Shown piece by piece: positions 27,178-40,775 of a stretch of 64,000 nucleotides of DNA (positions are counted from its first letter, which is position 1; the number at the start of each line of letters is the position of its first letter). The notes beneath the pieces are model-generated. The model saw nothing but the letters and a program-made list of their open reading frames with translations. It was not told the DNA's origin and ran no database searches. This stretch comes from Hypanus sabinus. Its lineage: Eukaryota. The stretch is from the NCBI RefSeq assembly GCF_030144855.1, contig NC_082729.1, forward strand, positions 16,616,001 through 16,680,000. Reading direction: 5' to 3'. Both the position numbers and the translations under genes were made by a program.

Positions 27178-28547
27178 ACATAGAACCATAGAAAATTTAC
27201 AGCGTAGAAACAGGCCTTTTGGCCCTTCTTGGCTGTGCCAAACCATTTTTCTGCCTAGTCCCACTGACCTGCACCTGGACCATATCCCTCCATACAGCTC
27301 TTATCCATGTACCTGTCCAAGTTTTTCTTAAATGTTAAAAGTGAACCCGCATTTACCACTTGATCTGGCAGTTTATTCCACACTCCCACCACTCTCTGTG
27401 TGAAGAAGCCCCCCACAATGTTTCCTTTAACCTTATCCCCCTTTACCCTTAACCCATGTCCTCTGTTTTTTTTTCTCCCCTAGCCTCAGCGGAAAAAGCC
27501 TGCTTGCATTCACTCTATCTATACCCATTATAATTTTATATACCTCTATCAAATCTCCCCTCATTCTTCTACACTCCAGGGAATAAAGTTCTAACCGATT
27601 TAACCTTTCTCTGTAACTCAGTTTCTCAAGTCCCGGCAACATCCTTGTAAACCTCTGCACTATTTCAACCTCCTTTCTGTAATTCGGTGACCAAAACTGC
27701 ACACAATACTCCAAATTCAGCCTCACCAATGTCTTATACAACCTCACCATTACATTCCAACTCTTATACGCAATACTTACATTTATAAAGGCCAATGTAC
27801 CAAAAGTTCTCTTCACTACCCTATCTACCTGTGACACCACTTTTAGAGAATCTTGTATCTGTATTCCCAGATCCCTCTATTCTACTGTACTCTTCAGTGC
27901 CCTATCATTTACCTTGTAGTGGGTGGAACTGGACTGTCTGAGGGTGGTGTCTGAAAAGAGGATGCTGTCCAAGTTGCATGCAATCTTGGACAATGTCTCC
28001 CACCCACTCCATAATGTACTGGTTAGGCACAGGAGTACATTCAGCCAGAGACTCATTCCACCGAGATGCAACATTGAGCGTCATAGGAAGTCATTCCTAC
28101 CTGTGGTCATCAAACTTTACAACTCCTCCCTCGGAGTGTCAGACTCTCTGAGCTAATAGGCGGTCCTGGATTTATTTCCACTTGGCATAATTTACTTATT
28201 ATTATTTAATTATTTCTGGTTTTATGTTGCTATACTTCTACTCGATTCGTGGTTGGTGCAACTGCAACAAAACCCAGTTTCCCTCGGGATCAACAAAGTA
28301 CGTCTGTTCTTCTGTATGTTCTACCTTGGTTTTTCCTTCCAAAGTGCCTTACACTTGTCTGTATTAAACTCCACCTGCCATTTTTCAGCCCATTTTTCCA
28401 ACTGGTCCAAATCCCTCTGCAAGCTTTGAAAACCTTCCTCACTGTCCACTACACCTCCAATCTTTGTATCATCAGCAAATTTGCAGATCAAATTTACATT
28501 ATCATCCAGATCACTGATATAGATGACAAATAACAGGTGGACCCAGC
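27178..28547 (-). mobile_element. CR1 RT and 3' end nested in the plus-strand CR1
   Basis: KFADDTKIGG and LEYCVQFWSP ORFs; catagaaccataga tail. Confidence 0.85.
27919..28312 (+). mobile_element. Rex1/Babar-like LINE 3' end nested in the nested CR1
   Basis: ILDNVSHPLH..RKSFLPVVIKLYN; tail cccagtttccctcgggatcaacaaagta; flanked by tgta/tgta. Confidence 0.75.
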
Positions 28548-29857
28548 GCATGATAAAATACTGTAGGCTGAAGTCAGGATGGTATCCTTAAGGGAAAAGG
28601 TAGCCTGACAAATCTGTTGGAATTATTTGAAGAAATAACAAACAGGATAGATAAAGGAGAATTGATGGCTGTTACGTACTTAAATTTTCAGAAGCTCTTA
28701 ACAAGGTTCCGCACATAAGGCAGCTTAACAAGATAAGAGCCAATGGTATTACAAATGGTATGGATACAGCATTGGCTGATTGGCAGAAGGCAAAGAGTGG
28801 GAATAAAGGGAGCCTTTCCTGGAGTACTACCTGTGTCTAATGGTGTTCCATAGATGTCTGTGTTGGGACCCCTCTTTTTTTTACATAATATGTCAACGAT
28901 TCAGATAATGGAATTGATGGATTTTTGACAAGCTTGTAGATGATACAAAGATAGGTGGGGGAGCAAGTAGTGCTATGGAAGCAGGTAGGCCGCACAAGGA
29001 CTGAAAAAAAAGATAGAAGAATGGGTAAAGAAGTGCCAGATGGAACACTGAGTTGGGAATTGTATGGCTATGCACTTTGAAGAAATAAAAGTGTCCACTA
29101 ATTCTAATTGGAGAGAAAATTCAAAAAATTCGAGGTGCACAGGATACATTAAAGGTTAATTTGCTTGTTGAGTCAGTGGGGAGGAAGCCAGATGTAATGT
29201 TATCATTTATTTCAGGAGGACTAGAATTTAAAAGCAAGGATGTAATGTGGAGGCACTGGTGAGGCCTCATTTGGAGTAGTGAGCATTTTGGGCCTCTTAT
29301 CTAAGAAAGGATGTGCTGACATTGTGGAGTTATCAAAGAAGTTCAGGAAATCAAGACTGGAACAGAAAGGATTGTCATATGAAGTGTATTGGATTGCTCT
29401 GGGCAAATATGAAAGGCTTCAATAGAGTGGATGTATAGAGAATATTTCCTGTGGTCTGGGAGTCCGACACCAAAGGTCACAACCTCAAAATAGAGGGATA
29501 TCCATTTAAAACAGAGATGAAAAGGAATTTCCTTAGCTAGAGACTGGAGAATCTGTGGAATTCATTGCCATAGATGGTCATGTGATGGGGTATACTGAAG
29601 GTAGAGCTTGATAGTTACTTGATTGGTTAGGGCCTGATGTTTATGGGGAGAAGACAGGAGAGGGAAATGGATCAGCCATAATGAAATGGTGGAACAGACT
29701 CGATGATCTTTATCTGCTCCTATGTCTTATAATTGCAATTTCCCCCCTTCTAAGCCCTCATCTCCTCCAAAGTGACAATAGACAATATGTGCAGAAGTAG
29801 ACCATTTGGCCCCTCGAGACTGCACAACTGAGTCTGCACAAGTGAAGTTATCTTTTT

Positions 29858-30650
29858 CTAAATTTCATTCAATTCAGTCTCCCCTTCCCACAGTCCCTGC
29901 CAGATCGAGAGACCATGGTCCTTAATTAAAACCTTTGCCTCTCTCTTACTTAGTGGGATAACAGTATCACAGCACTGCCATCCTATCGACTCCTTCACTT
30001 CCACCATGAGCTGTGACCCAGAAAAGCAGAAATACACTCCCCAATACAGCAGCTGTAATGTTTGCCTAACTTCCAACAAAACACCGGGACAACGATTGGA
30101 CCCACCCATCTTAAGACGACACAATACAGAGGAATCAGAACAGACAACACAGTAAGGCTGTGCATCCTCTTTCCACTGCAATGCAAGAAGGATTGCCACC
30201 ATTTCGATAGTATAAGCTGGGAGTTCATTAGATAAATGTTTTATAATTGACACCTGAAATGATGGGACATAGACTGCTATAGTGGTGTTATAAGACACGG
30301 CGTCTTTAGAATCATCTGTAAACAATGGAACCATTCCTTCATATTGATGAAGCACATGGAGAAACCATTACCTCTTCAGTTACACACCCAGCACATACTG
30401 CCAGCCTCTCCCAAAGTCAAATCTACCCCAGTTAAAGTAAATAGACAGGGAGGAATAACGGATAAATTTTAGCCACATTAGAGCAGATTTCATATTAGAT
30501 AGGGGCCTGATCGTTTCCTTCCCACCCAAAAACAATTCTTACGAGCTTGGTGTTCCAGACTATTAATAAACTGAGTTGGATGATCACCCATATACAATTG
30601 AAGCGTACCCAGATCCCCCCGCAGAGCAGCAACTGAAGACGCAACGGCAC
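29858..30650 (-). mobile_element. Nimb/I-clade LINE fragment (RNase H domain)
   Basis: FTDDSK..HLSNELPAYTIEMVAILLALQW..VVCSDS; homologous to 49680-50100. Confidence 0.7.
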
Positions 30651-30758
30651 CGAACTGCTGATGCTCCGTGTCGATGAGGTATATCGGGGCGAGGGAATGG
30701 CATATTTAACACAAAAGCTTAGTGAGCAGAAACAGCCCTTTCCACTGCCTTTGTTGGC

Positions 30759-30774
30759 GGCTCTTAAAAGAGCC
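30759..30774 (-). terminator. Histone 3' stem-loop (H3)
   Basis: Minus strand GGCTCTTTTAAGAGCC; HDE GAAAGGGCTG. Confidence 0.95.
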
Positions 30775-30803
30775 TTTTGTTGAGCTTGGTGCCGAGGTCG
30801 GAT

Positions 30804-31220
<417 letters not shown>

Positions 31221-32033
31221 TCAGCAGTCAGAGGGAACCTTCAGATACCGAGAATTTTTGGAATATTGGAGCAGACGCGAGAACCACTTTTTAAAGAGTC
31301 GATGAAGGGCCGCCCCACTCTCTCATTGGTTGTAAGGGAGATGTCCATTGCAGACACCAGCGTTGCGATTGGCTCCTTTTCCATCACCAGTTTGAAGCTG
31401 GCCGGTGGTATGGGTGGGGGAGATGGGGAATATTACCCATGACCAAATATGGAAGCTGGTGACTCGGGGTCAGAATTTAGCTAGTCTGACTGCAGTGATT
31501 GGATGGCGCTTCAATTTCAAATCGCCCGCCAATTCCACGAGCAAACAAAAGAAAATATTGTTTCAACAGCAACCGATTTCTTACAATTAAAATAATCACG
31601 AATTATCAAATTTCACCTTGATTGAAATCATCGATCTTATTCAATTAGCTGAATCTGAATGTTAGCATTTTTATTGAGGAGAGTGAATTCAGTCTTGCCG
31701 GAAAAGGGAGGGCAGGGAGAGAGGATCGAGAACGATTTTAATACTGCTTTTACTAAATGGTTTTGTGGGAATTGCCACAAGATGTTTTCAAAAGGACAAC
31801 CAACACTGAAATGAAATGCTGCTCAACATATCTTCAAGACATTCACTACAACTAAATAATTAAATCTCTTCCTTCTCCAAATTGCTGTTCAAAGGCAACC
31901 CGACGGCGCTGTCTCCTTTTATAACATCGCCCCGAACTGCCCGAGAGAGACGGAGAGGGAAGTAGATACAGCGTTAGGGTAGTAGAGCAGAGAGAGACCT
32001 GTATTTTCCAGCTCTTTCCTGGGAGATGTGAGT

Positions 32034-32049
32034 GGCTCTTAGAAGAGCC
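32034..32049 (-). terminator. Histone 3' stem-loop (H1)
   Basis: Minus strand GGCTCTTCTAAGAGCC; HDE GAAAGAGCTG. Confidence 0.95.
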
Positions 32050-32083
32050 TTTGGTCTCAGGTGTTTAAAGCTGCGGTTTTTAT

Positions 32084-32722
32084 TTACTTTTTGGTCGCCG
32101 TCTTCTTGGCTTTCACGGATTTCGCCTTCGGCTTAGGTTTTGCCGATTTCTTGGGCGCCTTCGCCTTCGGAGCTGAAATCTTCTTGGGGCTCTTGGGCTT
32201 CTGCGCAGCCTTTTTCGCCGCTGGTTTCTTAGCTGCCGTCTTTTTAGCGGCCGGTTTCTTAACACTTTGTTTCTTGGCGGGAGATTTCTTTGCTGCTTTC
32301 TTGGCCGCAGTTTTCTTGATCGCTGGCTTCTTGGCCTGAGAAGTCTTGGCCGCTGGTTTCTTCGTTTTTTTCACGACATTGGCGGTACTGCCTTTTTTAG
32401 CGGCTTTGAAGGAGCCGGAGGCACCTGCGCCCTTGGTGTGAACCAGGGAGCCGCTTTCCAATTTCCTTTTAATGACCATCTTTATCTGACTTTTGAGCTT
32501 TTCCACATCGACGCCGTTAGCGGCCAACTCCTTCTTTATCGCGACTATGGACACCCCTCGGTGACTGCGGCAATCCGCCACAATCTTGTCGATCTGTTCG
32601 CCCAATTTGGGACCGGCTGGCTTGGTCCGGGCGGTCGTCTTCTTCTTCTTCTTCTTGGGAGCCTTGGTTGCTGCTGCGGGCGCCGCTGGAGGAGCGACTT
32701 CAGCAGTTGCGGTCTCGGTCAT
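32084..32722 (-). CDS. H1: Linker histone H1, replication-dependent, divergent globular domain (212 aa)
   Basis: MTETA start, winged-helix end TKGAGASGSFK, and a Lys/Ala/Pro tail with SPKK-like motifs. Confidence 0.95.
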   Translation of the reverse strand: MTETATAEVAPPAAPAAATKAPKKKKKKTTARTKPAGPKLGEQIDKIVADCRSHRGVSIVAIKKELAANGVDVEKLKSQIKMVIKRKLESGSLVHTKGAGASGSFKAAKKGSTANVVKKTKKPAAKTSQAKKPAIKKTAAKKAAKKSPAKKQSVKKPAAKKTAAKKPAAKKAAQKPKSPKKISAPKAKAPKKSAKPKPKAKSVKAKKTATKK

Positions 32723-32784
32723 GTCGGCGACTCTGTACAAACTCTCTCAAAACTCAGAACTGAGTGAGAAATGAAGCGAGAAGC

Positions 32785-32865
32785 GCAATTTAAAGGCAGC
32801 GAGCGGACGGGGCGGGGACATCCTGCTGTCAGCTCCCGACCGCTCCGTTTCTCTGTGTTTCTTTC
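32785..32865 (-). promoter_or_regulatory. H1 promoter: H1/AC box, GC box, TATA-like element
   Basis: Minus strand AAGAAACACA at 32854-32863; GGGGCGGG at about 32809-32816; TTTAAA at about 32789-32794. Confidence 0.8.
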
Positions 32866-33559
32866 TCCTCAAAAACTCCCCTATTCCAATTAAAATCAGG
32901 CACCCCCATCACCCAGACCGCTCTATGTTTGTGTCCGAGGTCGGATTCTTTGCCGTAAAACAAGTTTGGTCCGAATTAAAGAAAACAGTTTTCATATTAA
33001 CCAGTTTAACTGCTACACTAACGTCGTTAGCTCCCGCGATCACCGGCATGTTCGCCGTTTTCCGACTGAAATATTGAAACCAAAAAAAAAAAATTGCGTG
33101 AATTCCTACTTCAGGACTGAGCTGGGGAGCTGGGCCATCTTGTGATAAGGAAATATTTGTATTTTCCACAGGAGGGACGGCGAAATGCGGCGATGTGATC
33201 GGACTCACAAACACAGCCGCATCGCATTCAAAGAGTCGCTGGTTTATCTTTTCTGTATTTTGCAATATTTAATTTACGCACTTTAGTTTGTTTATTTATG
33301 TGTAATCGATCTGTAAATTTCATCCTCCACACTCTTGTTCGGAGAGACTTCTCGTTTGACGGTGTACATGCATATTGTTAAATAACAATAAACTTGATTT
33401 GCTTGACAGTGATACCAGTTTGTGGCATCAGGTCCTTTAATACTCTCTCTGACACACCGTTCATATCTGCACAAACTGTGGACCCGGTGTACAGTTCCCA
33501 GCACAAGTTTTCCTCTCCTCTTCCGTGTTACCGCGCGTTACTTGTAGATTCCCAGCTCA

Positions 33560-34160
33560 GTAACATCTCCACTTCTTTTTCTTATCTCTTGAGCCATACT
33601 TTTCTCCTTAGTAAATATTCATCATAAAACTCACCCACCTCCTGCGGCTCAAGATCTCGGTAGCTCTGCTGATCTCTAAGGGGACCAAATATCTCCCTAA
33701 CTACCCTTTTACTCTTAAGACAACGGGAGAACCTCTTCGGAGATTCCTGAACCTTACCTGCCAGATCCATCTCATACTCTCTCTCTTTGCCCTCCTCGTT
33801 TCCTTCCTCAGAGGAATCTTTTTGCAGCTAGAAAGGGATTGGTTTGATGCCAACCTCTTGAAAGAAATGTATGTTTTCTTTTTTCTTTTAAACCTGAACC
33901 TCATTATCTCTCATTCGCCAAGATTCCCCAAACCTGCCAGATTACCCCTCATCCCAACGGGAACATTATGTTCCATACACTTGCTGTCCCACTTATAAAC
34001 AAGGGCCATTCATTCATTTTCTTTCTTACAGGGTCTCCAAATCAACCTTGGCTAGTAACTAATTCCCCCAATATTACCCTGCCCTAGTTTACAGCACTAA
34101 CCTGTGGAGAAGACCGACTGTATCCTTCCCATCACTCTCTTAAACTAACAGAAAGAATGA
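33560..34160 (-). mobile_element. CR1 linker-region fragment
   Basis: LAGKVQESPKRF..KSKRVVREIFGPL remnant. Confidence 0.65.
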
Positions 34161-34349
34161 AAAAGTATCAAGTATCAAAAGTATCAAGCTGACAAGGGAA
34201 TCTTGGTCAGCTGTGTACGTCAGCTGAGGAATGGCTGCCTTACTGAACATCCACACTCAGAAAGGACTGTAGAAAGAAGGCCAGTTCTCAAAGGTTTGGT
34301 TCAGCTTGTGACTGTACATTGTCTGCACTCTGTTCTATTAGGACACAAT

Positions 34350-34570
34350 GTTTGGATTTATTGAGATACAGCACGGAAAAGATCCCTACAGCCGCTTGAG
34401 CCATTTTGGCCAGAAATCCACCAACTTGATCCAAGCCTAATCATGGGACAATTTATAATGACTGATTAACCTCCCAACCAGTAGGTCTTTGGACTGTGGG
34501 AGGAAACCAGAGCACCCAGAGAATGTACAAACTCCTCACAGGCAGCAGCAGGAATTGAACCCTGGTCACC
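34350..34570 (-). mobile_element. V-SINE (HE1-like) fragment
   Basis: gtgggaggaaaccagagcaccc..gtacaaactcc V-domain and B-box-like ggaattgaaccc. Confidence 0.7.
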
Positions 34571-35084
34571 TTCAATTTTAAACCTTTTCTTTCTAAAACT
34601 TCCACAAAACTGGCATCACAGATGGACAGGATGGGGAAGAATGTACTTGGTACACTGGCTTCCATCAACAAAGATGATTAGCACAGGAGCTGGAATGTGA
34701 TGTACTTTTTGTGTAAGACATTGATGAAACCACGCCCAGAAGATTGCGTTCAGCTTTAGTCACGCTCATTACAGCCATAGTGTAATTAATTTTAAAAGAG
34801 TGCAGAAATATTTAGAAGAGTAATGGTAGGAATTGAAGGCCTGAGTTATGTGATGGTATTGAGTGTGCTGTCCACGAACTTCAAGTAAAGACATTAAGAC
34901 AAATATAAATAGCCATGAATACGCACACTAAGGGGAGATAATACTATAATGACCCAATCTTCAAAGATTGGTTTATTCTCCATGGTGTTTCACTGCCAAT
35001 ACACCCACTATTCGAATGGTGGGGCCCCCTCCCTACCAAGGAGAAGTTACTTCCAGCTAACAAAGTAGTTTAAAGTAATAACCC

Positions 35085-35960
35085 CAAGAAGTTCTGCAGA
35101 TGCTGGAAATCCAAAACAACATACACAAGATGCTGGAAGAACTTAACAAATCGGGTAGTATCCATGGAAAAGAACAAACAATCAGTGTTTTGGGCAGAGA
35201 CATTCTTCAGAACTGGAAAGGGGGATGATGTCAGAATAAAAAGGTGCGGGAATAAGAACGTGATATTAAGTCACGTGGGTAGGAAAAGTCAGAGACAGGA
35301 GATGAAGCAATTTAACAGGAGAGGACAGGGGACCATAGGAAAAAGGGAAGGAGGAGGGGCTCCAGGGAGAAGTGATTGGTAGGTGAGAAGAGGCAAGAGG
35401 CCAGAGGGAAGAACAGAAGGGGAGGTGGTGGGTATTTTTTTTTGACCAGAAGGGGAAATTGATATTTACGCCATCATTTTACAGGCTACTCAGGTGGAAT
35501 ATAAGGTGTTGCTCCTGCACCCTGAGGGTGGCCTCATTGTGCCACAAGAGGAGGCCAGGGACCCAACATGTCAGAATGGGAATGGGAATAAGAAATGAAA
35601 TTTTGGGTCATCAGTTTGTTCCACTCTTGGTGGATGGTGCAGAGGTGCTCAACAAAGCAGTACCCCGATTTATAACAGGGTGTCGCCAATGTAGAGGAGG
35701 CTACATCGAGAGCATTGGATACAATAGAGAAAGTAGATTCACAGGTGAAGTGTTCCCTCACCTGCAAGGACTCTTTGAGGTTGTGAGTGGAGGTGACCGA
35801 GGAGGTGGGTAGACAGGTATAGCACTTTGGCCACTTGATACATAACAGAAGGGAGATTAGTTGGGGTGGATGAATGGACAAGGAAATTACCGGGAGGGGT
35901 GGAGAGGGGTAGGAAAGTAAAGTTACGTTTAGTGGTAGGATCCCTTTGGAGGTGTAGTTG
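35085..35960 (-). mobile_element. Penelope-like element 3' part (GIY-YIG remnant and terminus)
   Basis: KESLQVREHFTCES..FVEHL..SHSHSDM, a decayed hammerhead-like motif and the characteristic terminus. Confidence 0.8.
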
Positions 35961-36259
35961 AAAACACATTTATTTTTAAATGTAATCACTTAAATCCAAA
36001 CAGCACTTTCAAAACACATTAAAAAAAGACAATTTCTATCTGAAACACTTCCAAATTCTCACAGAGCATTTCTATCTTGTTTTGAATCTTGAAACATTAT
36101 ACACTAAAACATTTCCCAGCCTCAGGTTTCCCATTTTCATTCTCGTGCTCACATACTCCTTGGACCTCAACACGCCACCCCCTCTGTAACCTCTCCCATG
36201 CTGGTGTACTCCCACATCTCCTCCCTCCTATCCCTCTGGCCCCTTTCATGGCCTGTGCC

Positions 36260-38658
36260 CTGTGGTGTATTGCAGGGATCTGTGCTGGGTCTTCTGTTGG
36301 TTGTCATATCCAGTATACTGATGATCTGGAAGAGATTATAGGTGCGTGATTTGGAAGTTTCCAGATGACACCAACATTGATGGTATGATGGACAATGACA
36401 AAGGTGGTGTAAACTACAAGAGGATGGACATTAGTTGTGTAAATAGACAAGGAAATGACAGCTGGAATTTTCTTCAGACAAATCCAAAGTGTAGACTTTT
36501 GGTCAGTTAAACCAGGGCAGAAGATTACACAGAGAGAGGCAGTGCCCTGGAAGGCACTGCAGAACAGAAAGACTGTTTGGTATAATTCCTAAAAGTGCAG
36601 ATGTAGGCGGACAAGGCGGCAAAGAAAGCAATTGGCACACTTGCCATCATTGGTTAGGACAATGAGTAAGAGAGTTGGGATGCTGTGTTACAACTGTACA
36701 AGGTGTTGTGGTGAGATTGCACTTGGGTACTGTGTGCAGTTCTGGTCACCTAGCTACAAGAACGATGTAATTCAGCTGCAGTTGACGCAGAAAACCCTCA
36801 CAGGGTTGTTACTGGAGGGCTGGAGTTACAAGAGGAGACTAGGACAGGGTGGGACTGTTTGTTCTGGAGCACAGGAAGATAAGGGTGAATTTAAGGAGGT
36901 ACATTAAGGCTCTCTGTAGCCTCACACTGTGTATGTTTCTTCCGTCCCTATGCCCTTCTGAAATGTCTGCTCTCCCACATCAGTGGGCCATTTGCATTGT
37001 TACTTCCCTCAGTCAGATTGAGGACCTGTGACCAGAGGTGGGCTGCGGGGATCTGTGCTCTGTTGTTTGTCACATGCATTCATGATTTGTGTGAGAATGT
37101 AAACAGCATGAGTAATAAATTTGAAAATGACACCATCAGACAAAGGAACAGAATTAGGCCATTCAGCCCATCAATTCTGTTCTGTCATTCCATCATGGCT
37201 GTTTTATTATCCTTGAAGCCCTGACAAATCAAGACCTATCAACCTCCGCTTTAAATATCCTCAATGAATTGGACTCCACAGCAGTCTGTAGCAATGAATT
37301 CCACAGATTCACCATCCTCGCTGAAGAAATTCCTCCTCACCAGTTCTAAATGGGCAAACTTGTACTGTGAACCTATCCTCTCTAGTCCAAGATTCACCCA
37401 CTACGTCCTCTCCATATCCACTCCATCTAGGCCTTTCAATGAGATCCCTCCTCAGTCCTCGAATCTCCAAGTACAGGCCCAGAATCATCAAATGCTGCTT
37501 AACTCTTTCATTCCCAGAATCATTGTTGTGAACCTTCTCTGGACCATCTCTAATGCCAGCACATGTTGCTCAAAATACTCAAAGTGCAATCTGAGCATTA
37601 CCTTATAAAGCCTCAGCATCAGATCCTTACTCTTATATTCCAGTCCTCTGAAATGAATGCTTAACATTGCATTTGTGTTCCTTAGCACCAACTCAACTTG
37701 CAAATTAACCTTTAGGGAACTTTGCACAAGCACAAGGACTCCTAAAATCCCTTTGCACCTCTGATTTAAAAAAAAAATTTTCTCCCCACTTAGAAGATTG
37801 TCTACACCTTTGTTTCTTCTACCAAAGTGCATGATCATACACTTCTGGACACAATATTCCATCTGCTACTTCTTTGCCTAATCTAACAAATGTTTCTAAG
37901 TCCTCTGCACACTCCCTGCTTCTATAGCTGTCCATCCACCCATCTTTGTATCATTTGCAGTCTTGATCACAAAGACATCAACTCCAATATGCAAATCATT
38001 GACATATAATGTGAAAAGAAGTGGTCCCAAGCCAACCCCTGGGGAACACCACTAGTCACCATCAGTCAATCAGAAAATTCCAATTTTGGTGGTGAGACAG
38101 ACTAATTAGGAGTGTGGGATAGGAAATGGACTGTGGGATTTAACTGAGCCAAGTGCAAAGTGAGGAATTTTGAAAATTTATTTCAGAGCAGGGCTTACAT
38201 AGTAAATGACATGTCTCTGAGAGTTGGAAAACAGAGACAAAGTGTTGAAACAGGTAGACAGAGTGTTGAAGAAGCATCTGGTACATTTGCCTTCATCAGT
38301 TAGAGTATTGAGTACAGTGCCTTGCATGTCATGTCACAAAGTAGCAGAAAGCACAAGGTTGTTACAGCTCAGGTCACCCTGGAGTTTGGTGGTCCATTTC
38401 AGTGCCATCTATAAGGAGAGTACATTTTCCCTGTGAACACATGGGTTTCCTCAGAGTGCTCCAGTTTCTCCCACACTGAAGACATATCAGTTAGGAGGTT
38501 AGTTGGTAACTGTAAATTGTCCTGTGATTAGGCCAGAGTTAGATAGGTGGGTCTCTGGGTGGTGTGACTCATTGGTCCAGAGGGGCCTGCATTGTGAGAG
38601 GATGAAGATATAACAAGTCCTGAGGGACAATTTTTTCACACAGAGGATGGTGAGTAAG
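36260..38658. mobile_element. Nested CR1 fragments (plus-strand 36260-36910; minus-strand insert about 37135-38085) and a V-SINE (about 38365-38590)
   Basis: DDTNI, YCVQFWSP and LEMVQRRFTTMI remnants; V-domain gggtttcctc..gtgctccagtttctcccaca. Confidence 0.7.
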
Positions 38659-39110
38659 TGTCAGGGTCCGGTCTGGAACCGCGTTCCGGGTTTTGATCCG
38701 GTCCGAGGGCTCCGGACTCCGGGTCCTACAGTTGTCCCTCCCGTCACCCGTGATCTAGTTAGGACCCTCCTGGTTCAAGGAGGCACACCTGTAACTCATT
38801 GAGCTGCAGGTGTTTATAAGGGGCCTTGGGACTGGGACCAAGCGGGTGGTCATTTTGTTCTGTTTCCCGTTTCTCTGCTGGCTCTGAACTCTGCTTTGCA
38901 TTCTGTGATTCCACCTGGGCTCAGATTTTCTCTTCATCATGCTTCTTTGCCCCGTGCCAGTACTACCAGGTTGGTCCGCTCCCCCACCTTTCTTCCCATG
39001 TGCTAGTCCTGCTTCTTCGCTCGTTTGTATTGTTAGTGTGGTCGCGCTGTCTGCCGGCCGTTTCCGATTTTCCCGTTATCATTACTGTGGTGTTGGTCAC
39101 CCTGGACCTA

Positions 39111-39305
39111 TGCCCGTTCCTACCCCTTGCCTCCATCTGGCAGGTCCGGCCGACCTGCTGCTGCCCAACAGCGGTTCTGCCTGTTCCTATCCCTTGCCTC
39201 CATCGAGCAGGTCCAGCCGACCTGCCGGTGGTTCTGCCTGTTCCTATCCCTTGCCTCCGTCGAGCAGGTCTGGCTGACCTGCCACTGCCTGACAGTGGTT
39301 CTGCC
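39111..39305. repeat. Three 57-67 bp tandem repeats inside the solo LTR
   Basis: gttccta.cccttgcctcc...gcaggtc..gc.gacctgc occurs three times. Confidence 0.85.
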
Positions 39306-39459
39306 CCATCCTCCTCTTCCGGCTGAACTCTGGGATTGTGCCCCGTACCTGCCTAGGGATCCGTGTCATGCCTAGGCCGCCGGTGTTTCCACCTGGGGGG
39401 TGTCCTTACCCGGAATATATGTGGCCTGCCCAGGGAGGGCTCTCCACCAACTTATCTAG

Positions 39460-40775
39460 CCTACCTGCCTGAACTTTGAGGACCTGTCTGCCTGCCTGTC
39501 CCCCGAGGACCTGCCTGAACCCCGGGGACCTCTGCCTGCCTGATCCTGGGGACCTGTCTACCTGCCTGCCTGAATCCTAAATCCCGGGGACAGTCTGCCT
39601 GAACCCTAAGGACTTGCCTGCCTGAACCTGGGGACCTGTCTACCTGCCTGCCTGTCCCCCAAGAACCTGCCTGAACCCCGGGGACCTCTGCCTGCCTGAA
39701 CTTCGAGGACCTGTCTGCCTGCCTGAACTTCGAGGACCTGTCTGCCTGCCTGAACCCCGAGGACCTGTCTGCCTGCCTGAACCCCGAGGACCTGTCTGCC
39801 TGCCTGAACCCCGAGGACCTGTCTGCCTGCCTGAACCCCAAGGACCTGTCTGCCTGCCTGAACCCCGAGGACCTGTCTGCCTGCCTGAAACCCGAGGACC
39901 TGTCTGCCTGCCTGAACTTCGAGGACCTGTCTGCCTGCCTGAACTTCGAGGACCTGTCTGCCTGCCTGAACTTCGAGGACCTGTCTGCCTGCCTGAACTT
40001 CGAGGACCTGTCTACCTGCCTGCTTGCCTGAACCCCGGGGACCTGTCTACCTGCCTGAACCCCGAGGACCTGTCTGCCTGCCTGAACTTCGAGGACCTGT
40101 CTGCCTGCCTGAACTTCGAGGACCTGTCTGCCTGCCTGAACCCCGAGGACCTGTCTGCCTGCCTGAACCCCGAGGACCTGTCTGCCTGCCTGAACCCCGA
40201 GGACCTGTCTGCCTGCCTGAACCCCGAGGACCTGTCTGCCTGCCTGAACCCCGAGGACCTGTCTGCCTGCCTGAACTTTGAGGACCTGTCTGCCTGCCTG
40301 AACTTTGAGGACCTGTCTGCCTGCCTGAACTTCGAGGACTTGTCTGCCTGCCTGTCCCCCGAGGACCTGCCTGAACCCCGAGGACCTGCCTGCCTGAACC
40401 CGGGGACCTGTCTACCTGCCTGCCTGAATCCTGAATCCCGGGGACCGTCTGCCTGAACCCTGAATCCCGGGGACCGTCTGCCTGAACCCCAAGGACCTGC
40501 CTGCCTGAACCTGGGGACCTGTCTACCTACCTGCCTGTCCCCCGAGGACCTGCCTGAACTTCGAGGACCTGTCTGCCTGCCTGAACTTCGAGTGCCTGTC
40601 TGCCTGCCTGAACCCCGAGGACCTGCCTGCCTGAACCCGGGGACCTGTCTACCTGACTGCCTGAACCCGGGGACCTGTCTACCTGCCTGCCTGAACCCGG
40701 GGACCTGTCTACCTGAACTTGAACTTTGGGAGACCGCTCCGCTCTGCCTGCCTGAACTCTACCTACCTGAACCCC
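39460..40775. repeat. 27-bp minisatellite (gaggacctgtctgcctgcctgaac[ccc/ttc]); about 23-24 regular units at about 39704-40345 plus variant flanks
   Basis: Directly visible head-to-tail array with no spacers. Confidence 0.97.

Larger units (their letters stand above)
26750..29730 (+). mobile_element. Degenerate CR1 LINE hosting nested insertions
   Basis: LKVDKSPG, LTLVVGK, YLE|HDKI and DDTKIGG remnants; CR1 3' tail at about 29660-29730. Confidence 0.8.

Noticed and set aside
29858-30355. Stand-alone cellular RNase H gene
   Set aside because: Degenerate (TDDSK for TDGSK, frameshift) and homologous to the Nimb-like LINE at 49060-50650.
39460-40775. CRISPR-like array or repeat-protein gene (PEPRGPVCL / GFRQADRSS ORFs)
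   Set aside because: Units are head-to-tail with no unique spacers, there are no cas genes and the context is eukaryotic. The ORFs are by-products of a 27-bp unit inside a solo LTR.
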